64,000 bases of DNA, taken from NCBI GenBank assembly GCA_026026165.1, contig JAPEUD010000061.1, positions 62,001 through 126,000 on the forward strand, given 5' to 3'. The translations under genes were made by a program, and so were the position numbers. Below the pieces are notes generated by a model. That model did no database searches. It was not told the origin of the DNA and was given only the letters and a program-made list of their open reading frames with translations. Positions 58,286-64,000 of this stretch are shown in pieces. The number at the start of each line of letters is the position of its first letter. Position 1 is the stretch's first letter. Source of the DNA: Sarea resinae. Taxonomy: Eukaryota.

Positions 58286-60577
58286 CTTGGAAAGATGGCA
58301 GCGACAATATTGATAGCGTACGCTATGACCGTGCCGAGAAGAGGAAGTTGACGAGTTGATGGGGAGCCTGTGTCCTCGCTGTTGCGCTCTCTCCTCAACG
58401 GAAGGGGAGTCGATGCCTTTTTATCCACCAAAGGATCGATATGATGCCGCCAAGTTCCCTGCGCGAGTCCACCTCCTGACGCTATATGACCGTGACATCG
58501 ACACTACTCAGGGCGGAGTCGCGGGCATCGACCCTTGAGGAGGAAGGTGCAAAAGTCAAGTTTGACAACGAAGAACGAATAATCAAGTGCGCAATGCTAT
58601 TCGCGCCGTCCCGACACAGTCGACATTCCGTGTCGAGTGTAGTGACCGACGATCTCCACCTGCTTGGAGGGACTGTCGGCTCGAAAGCGATCGTAGATCA
58701 TGGCTATTCTCGGAAGTTGTGCGAGAGTAGAAGGCATCTGGAAAGGCTTGAATTGAGGCCGGGACCTGGATCGAGGAACGTGAGTTATTTGATTCGATGG
58801 CGATATCAGCTTCCGGCATGATTGGAGATATCGATGAGCTGCCTAATGGGCGGAAGGGTTGGAGCTCATGGCGGGTGTCTGGGGTGGTGAAGACGTTTAG
58901 GGCTCGGCAAGACCGTTCAAAGAGGAAGGAGCGAGGAAAGGTACGGCAACTCTCATTCTGTCCAGTCGCCTCGATCGATAGTAACATCACGTGCTGGAAC
59001 TTGAATAATCGCAAACAACACGCTGACAACACGTGGTGAGAGTAGAGGCTCTCTGAGACATGAATGCATCAACTCCGCCGCGAAGAAGGAAGGTAGCCCG
59101 CCGCAGAAGCCCGCCAAAGGGGCAATACTGCCAGGCAGAGAGACGTGATCGAATTCCTAGAGCTCTCACCGCCTCCAATCCCGTCTTGGCAGGTCCTGGT
59201 GATTATTCGCAAGTTCGCATGTTCGCGTAGAGGCCAGTGCATGTAAGAAAGAGCTTCTTTGTGTACCTATATTGAGAGGCTGTGTTTCGTCCAAGCTCGT
59301 GGTCGCAACCTCAACTATCTCTGCTAAGACTGTTGCCGTCCTGACACGATGATTCGAGAAGCAAAGCAGCTGCATATGCGACAGGAAGGCGAGGGCTGAG
59401 GTCGCCGAACAGCACTGGATCATGCCATTCTCGGCATTCTCGGAATCTTGTCACGTGCGACCTCTGACAATGTACGGAAGAACAGGAACTGCGACGAGAG
59501 AATGGAAATGTCTCGAGGAGTCGCGAGTAGGAGAATCAAAGAAGGGAGCTCTTCTTATGTGTAGCCATATAGAAGGAGCAAATGATGAAAGGAAAAGGGC
59601 CCGAACGAACAACAAATCGTGATGCCAAACAGGGAAGCTGCCACGGCAAAGAAGGCACAACGGCGTTCATAGAGCGAAAAGGCTGGGGGATGCGTGGTAG
59701 ATGCAGGAATTGAAGAAAGGCAAAGTAGGGCCAGAGATAGGGCCAGCTCTAGTCACTGATTCAATCTAGTGCGTATGTCTAGTCTGCTCGACTAATTATA
59801 TTCTCTCGTGGTACAGGGCGCATCGACGATCGCTTCGACTTGGCCAATTCGACTCGTAGTGAGAGTGGGGGCCGGCACCAAAGTTGTGGGGAAAATATGG
59901 GGAAGATCGGTACTGACATGACAAGTGCGCGGGTGATAGTCGTCAGCATCCACGTCAAGGCTACGGGTACTACCTGGTGGTACGAGGCAGTACTAGATGG
60001 CTTGCCAGAGTCAAGAAGTAAGCGGGGTGGGGTTCGCATTGACGGGATCATGGATGCAATTTGATGCGGTTGGTGTTCACGGTGCTCGACGCTGTTCCTT
60101 GACAGAATCGCCAAGCTGGAACGCATGTCGCAGAGAAGAGACGTAGGTATGAGAAGTATCGAATGGAAAGTAGGTAAGTATAGAGACAACAAGCTGCAGT
60201 TGGACCATTCAGGCTATTAGACCGATAGCTGGAGATAACTCACGCCATGGGCAGCAATTGACTGACTTCGGGCTTCCTAGCGATTCCTAGCGATACCGAT
60301 CCCGTTACCAATACACCGAGCACTGCCAGACTTTCGCATTGCACGTCATAGTCTTCAAGACCAGGCAAACAAAACACCAGACTCGCTGAGCCCCATGAGC
60401 CCCCTGCCTATGCCCCGCATTTCATCATGAGAAGCTCGGAATTCGGGAAACCCTATGGCCACTCCGTAGCTATATATATGGGGGCCGGCTCACGGTGTGG
60501 TTCCACTGGCCTTGTTCGATCTCAGTTGCAACAAGATTGCTTCACGAAAAAGAGACATTTCTACCGATCCAGCAAAT

Positions 60578-61639
60578 ATGGCCAGCGTCAAGTCTTTGGG
60601 CGTAGCTGCCCTCGCACTCTGTGCTCTCGCGCCCAACGTGGTGCTGGCGCAGAATGCACAAGCAAAGGTTGTGCTTGACCAGAACTTCCGCACGGTGGCG
60701 CCGCCAAATGATGCCTTTGCGCAGAACGCGACTCATGTGCTCGTCTCAACCTCGGTCATGTTCTCGATTGCCGTCTTCTTCATGTTCGTCGCGGCTCGTG
60801 ACTGCAAGAAATTCAAATCCACGGTCCCCATCTCGATGATCCTGGGCGCGGCCGCCTGCGTCGTGCCGGAATCCGTCGACAACTATCTCGGTGGCTGCTA
60901 TTGGTCGCAGTCGCACGATCCGAAGATGCTTCTCTTCTTCCTCATGGGCCGCGAATTTGACCACTACGTTGCCGTCATGTGGTGGGCCTTTGGTGCCATC
61001 TTGGGCTATCTGCTCTACGCCGTTCTGCTGCGCGAAGTGAAAACCGGCACGCTTTGGGCCTGCTTGGCCGTTTCGGGTGTCGCCGACATTGTCCTCGAGG
61101 AGATTCTGCTTGGCTATGGCGGCATCTACACTTATTTTGGCCACCAGCCCTTGGTCTTGATCAAGAACTTCCCCTGGTGGTGGCTCTTCTCCAATGTCTC
61201 GGCCCTCTTCCTCAGCGTCTCGCTCGCCTTTCGCTACCGGGAATGGTTCAACGGCATTAGAAGCGCATGGATCCTAGCCTTGATGCCATTCTGCTACATC
61301 GGCGCCTTTACCTTTTCCGCCATGCCGACCATCTTTGTCATCCAGGGCGATTTCTCCCCTCTGGTCACCCAGCTAGGTGGAATCGCTACCTGCGCCATCT
61401 CGGTGATTCAGGCGGGTACTATGATGCACCTCATCTTGGGTCGTGACCCATATGCCTTTGGGGATGTTACCATGACGAAGAAGACTGAGACTGAGAAATT
61501 GGCGAATGGAAATGGGAAATTGGCGAACGGGAATGGAAAGTTGGCGAACGGGAATGGAAACTTGAACGGATATGCGAAGTTGGCCAACGGGAATGGAAAG
61601 TTGGTGAATGGGAATGGGAAGTTGGCGAATGGGCATTAG
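60578..61639 (+). CDS. Uncharacterised polytopic membrane protein (signal peptide plus about 7 TM) with a C-terminal heptapeptide repeat
   Basis: Intronless, with TATATATA near 60472. Motifs PESVDNYLGGCYW, EEILLGYGGIYTYFGHQP and FPWWWLFSN. Confidence 0.88.
   Translation: MASVKSLGVAALALCALAPNVVLAQNAQAKVVLDQNFRTVAPPNDAFAQNATHVLVSTSVMFSIAVFFMFVAARDCKKFKSTVPISMILGAAACVVPESVDNYLGGCYWSQSHDPKMLLFFLMGREFDHYVAVMWWAFGAILGYLLYAVLLREVKTGTLWACLAVSGVADIVLEEILLGYGGIYTYFGHQPLVLIKNFPWWWLFSNVSALFLSVSLAFRYREWFNGIRSAWILALMPFCYIGAFTFSAMPTIFVIQGDFSPLVTQLGGIATCAISVIQAGTMMHLILGRDPYAFGDVTMTKKTETEKLANGNGKLANGNGKLANGNGNLNGYAKLANGNGKLVNGNGKLANGH
61496..61636 (+). repeat. 21-bp coding tandem repeat (KLANGNG, about 6-7 units)
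   Basis: AA(A/G)TTGGCGAA(C/T)GG(A/G)AATGG(A/G) units with mostly synonymous variation. Confidence 0.95.
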
Positions 61640-64000
61640 AGAGATGTGATGGATGAACTACCTCGGCGTATGCAAGGCCGAAGTGATATCAAGAGCTGTA
61701 GGGTAGAAAGTAAGGGGGGTGCGAAATTGTCTGACAAGATTGCTATACTTGTTATATCTAGTTAGGCAGGCTGACTCAATGCTATGGTCATATTTTTCGC
61801 CCTTGAAAAGGACCGTTTCCCTCGTAAGAAGAGAATAGTGCTCTTGTTGCTCCAGAGAAAGGCGATCCGGCCCGTTGCAGAGCCTTGAAGTGAAATAGAA
61901 ACACCGGAGGCAGAACCTTCAATCCTCTCCATTAGGAAGACATGCGTATAGCCAACGAGTGAAACCCACCCAGCTAACGACAATAATACCGATACTGCAC
62001 CACGTTCCAAACCTCGAGGGACAAGAATGGAAAAGTACTAGACGAACACCAACTGTAGTAGCGAGCAGTGCCGTCAATGATCTGCCGCTCCAATGGTCTA
62101 AGGGGCTTAGAGGTCCGGTCCAAGCGTCTGGACTAGACCATTTGGACCATTGGAAGCCATTGGCAGCACCAGTAGAGTAGCGAGACCCTGACACTAAAAC
62201 ATGCAACCCTGCAACCCCGCAAAGATGACCCGCGCATGGCACTAGCCCTACAATAAGTTCGCCCTGATCCTCCTCAGCGTCAGCTACGGCTCTCAACCTC
62301 TTTCCGACCTGAAGAGAGAATTGATCTTCAATCAAAGAGCAGAAAGTTACACCGGTAAAACTGGGTAGAGAGTACATCAGACAGCTGTCCATTCGGACCA
62401 TCAATAAGCTACTATGATTCACACCTAGCATGACGGCATCCTCTACCAGGAGACTCGCAGCAAAAACGCCAGCAGACCTCGAAGCCCCACATGAAGTCCA
62501 GCTCTTCAGTTGAACGAAGCCGGTCGTCTACACGCTTCGTTCAGACTAGAATCGCCCGGGGGCCGCTGGGTCTCATCGGTATGGAGTGTAGAAGTCGGCA
62601 AGCGGCATGCGGTCTGCCAGATGACGCGTGAAGGCAGCAACGACTGCTTGCCACAATTTAATCTCGATAGCCACGCCGTCCGACCGAGTGAGTGAGGGGT
62701 TGCGGCAATCGGGCGTTGGATCTGCGCGAGGCAATACCATTCCATTGACGTCTGCGGGCTGTCGAGAGAGCGTGGCCAGTTTTGCATGGAGTGAAACCGG
62801 CAAGTATAATGCGAACCTGAGTGCAGAGGAGAAGACGGCAGAGGAGAGCCGAGTGGAAGATAAGATGATGCCCAAGAATTATGACGTAGACTAAAAGTAC
62901 GCCCAACTGCGAAGGACGTCTGAGACTAGTCTAGTGGTCCAGGTGCAGTAAGGGCTGGCCGACCTGCTTCAAGTCCTGCCGGATGGAAAATTGCAGCATA
63001 ATAACTTGCACGAGATCGAAAGCTATTATGCTGCGTACAACGATAGTAACATCGCAGTGCCTATTGATTAGGCGCGAGCATTCTATCGAGGTTTTCTATA
63101 TCATGATGTTGGCTACGACTTGCTCGTATACCCGCGAGAGCGATACGGCACGTTCCTACCCTTTAAGCAGACACATCACCTTGACCTGCTAGAGAGAATG
63201 AAGCGGTTTTACGATAAGCACTTGGGAGCCACCTAGAATCAATGTGGTTTTAAAGCGAGCTTTTATGCGCCTGTAGGAACCAAACCCAATGGATAATTTA
63301 GTAGACCTTCTTTAGTACAATTGATTTAGTAAATTTAGTAAATACAGATACTGAAAACCACATTGAGCTTAAGCAATTGCTTGATGTGAGGATTATAGCT
63401 CAATATATTCCTTGTGCCTACCTTATGTGTTAGATCGACTATTATGCACAGCATGAGGGCGACAGCGTTGTAGCACTAGAGGGTGCAAGAAGACAGGGCC
63501 TAATTAAAAAGACACTTACTTTTCGTGTCTATAAGATCAGCCAGATAAGAAGCAATTACATAGCTGGAGGGCAAAATAATTGTCGTCAAACACTTGCTGG
63601 GCGCCGCCCGCTAATCAATCCAAAGTCAACACTAAGCTTCTAAAGTATCTATTTGCCTTTTCTGTAATCCGTCTGTCAGTCAATCCTTTTCCTGTGGAAC
63701 CAAGTGCGCGTTCTGTAGGATATTTGATTATTCCATTTGCCTAGCCAGATAGATAGAGGCATTAGGTTAGAACAACAGGGCGTGGTAGGTGTTTGATATG
63801 CGTCAACTCGCTCGCCTTGGCGATTGGCGCGACTCTATAACGATCATCATTCTGGTCATTGCCTTGTCGAAGAACATTGTTGGTAGAGCAGAGAACAGAT
63901 CTGATACACAATATCATCTCCTTTTAGAAAAGATAGCATGCCATTATTATATACGCCCTATTCAATTTCACAGGCCTATGTACTCTATATACGCTCTCTC

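Noticed and set aside
50863..61639. GNAT, MFS and membrane proteins as a secondary-metabolite cluster
   Set aside because: No PKS, NRPS, terpene synthase, P450 or pathway regulator in the window.

Overview
This is eukaryotic, intron-rich DNA from a filamentous ascomycete (Pezizomycotina-type GT..AG introns with CTRAY branch points, plus RIP-like TpA-rich relics). About 24 protein genes can be supported. The left part (1-35 kb) is a dense housekeeping block: Opi1-like factor, LXR3-type L-xylulose reductase, a 981-aa single-pass Ser/Pro-rich protein, Lot5/ICln, calcineurin A, an Mmc1-like protein, TRM61, cysteinyl-tRNA synthetase, a carboxylesterase, CipC, SYG1/XPR1, an Aim6-like phosphodiesterase and an AKR7-type reductase. 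The right part (35-64 kb) is sparser and oriented to nutrient scavenging: a GT32-LamG membrane protein, PhoD phosphatase, ferric reductase, two MFS transporters, a bacterial-like GNAT, RNase T1, two unknown membrane proteins and degenerate relics. I found no tRNA, rRNA, CRISPR array or intact transposon, and no clearly new multi-gene system. The best signals are: (1) four perfect SreA-type ATCWGATAA sites before the ferric reductase; (2) Pho4-type E-boxes before four phosphate-related genes; (3) a displaced duplicate of the Lot5 3' end whose conserved tail differs only at synonymous sites; (4) a 1-nt frameshift separating a signal anchor from the GT32-LamG gene; (5) an identical 17-bp palindrome-containing element upstream of two reductases; (6) sharp GC peaks at convergent gene ends. 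Family names are from recalled motifs, not database searches.
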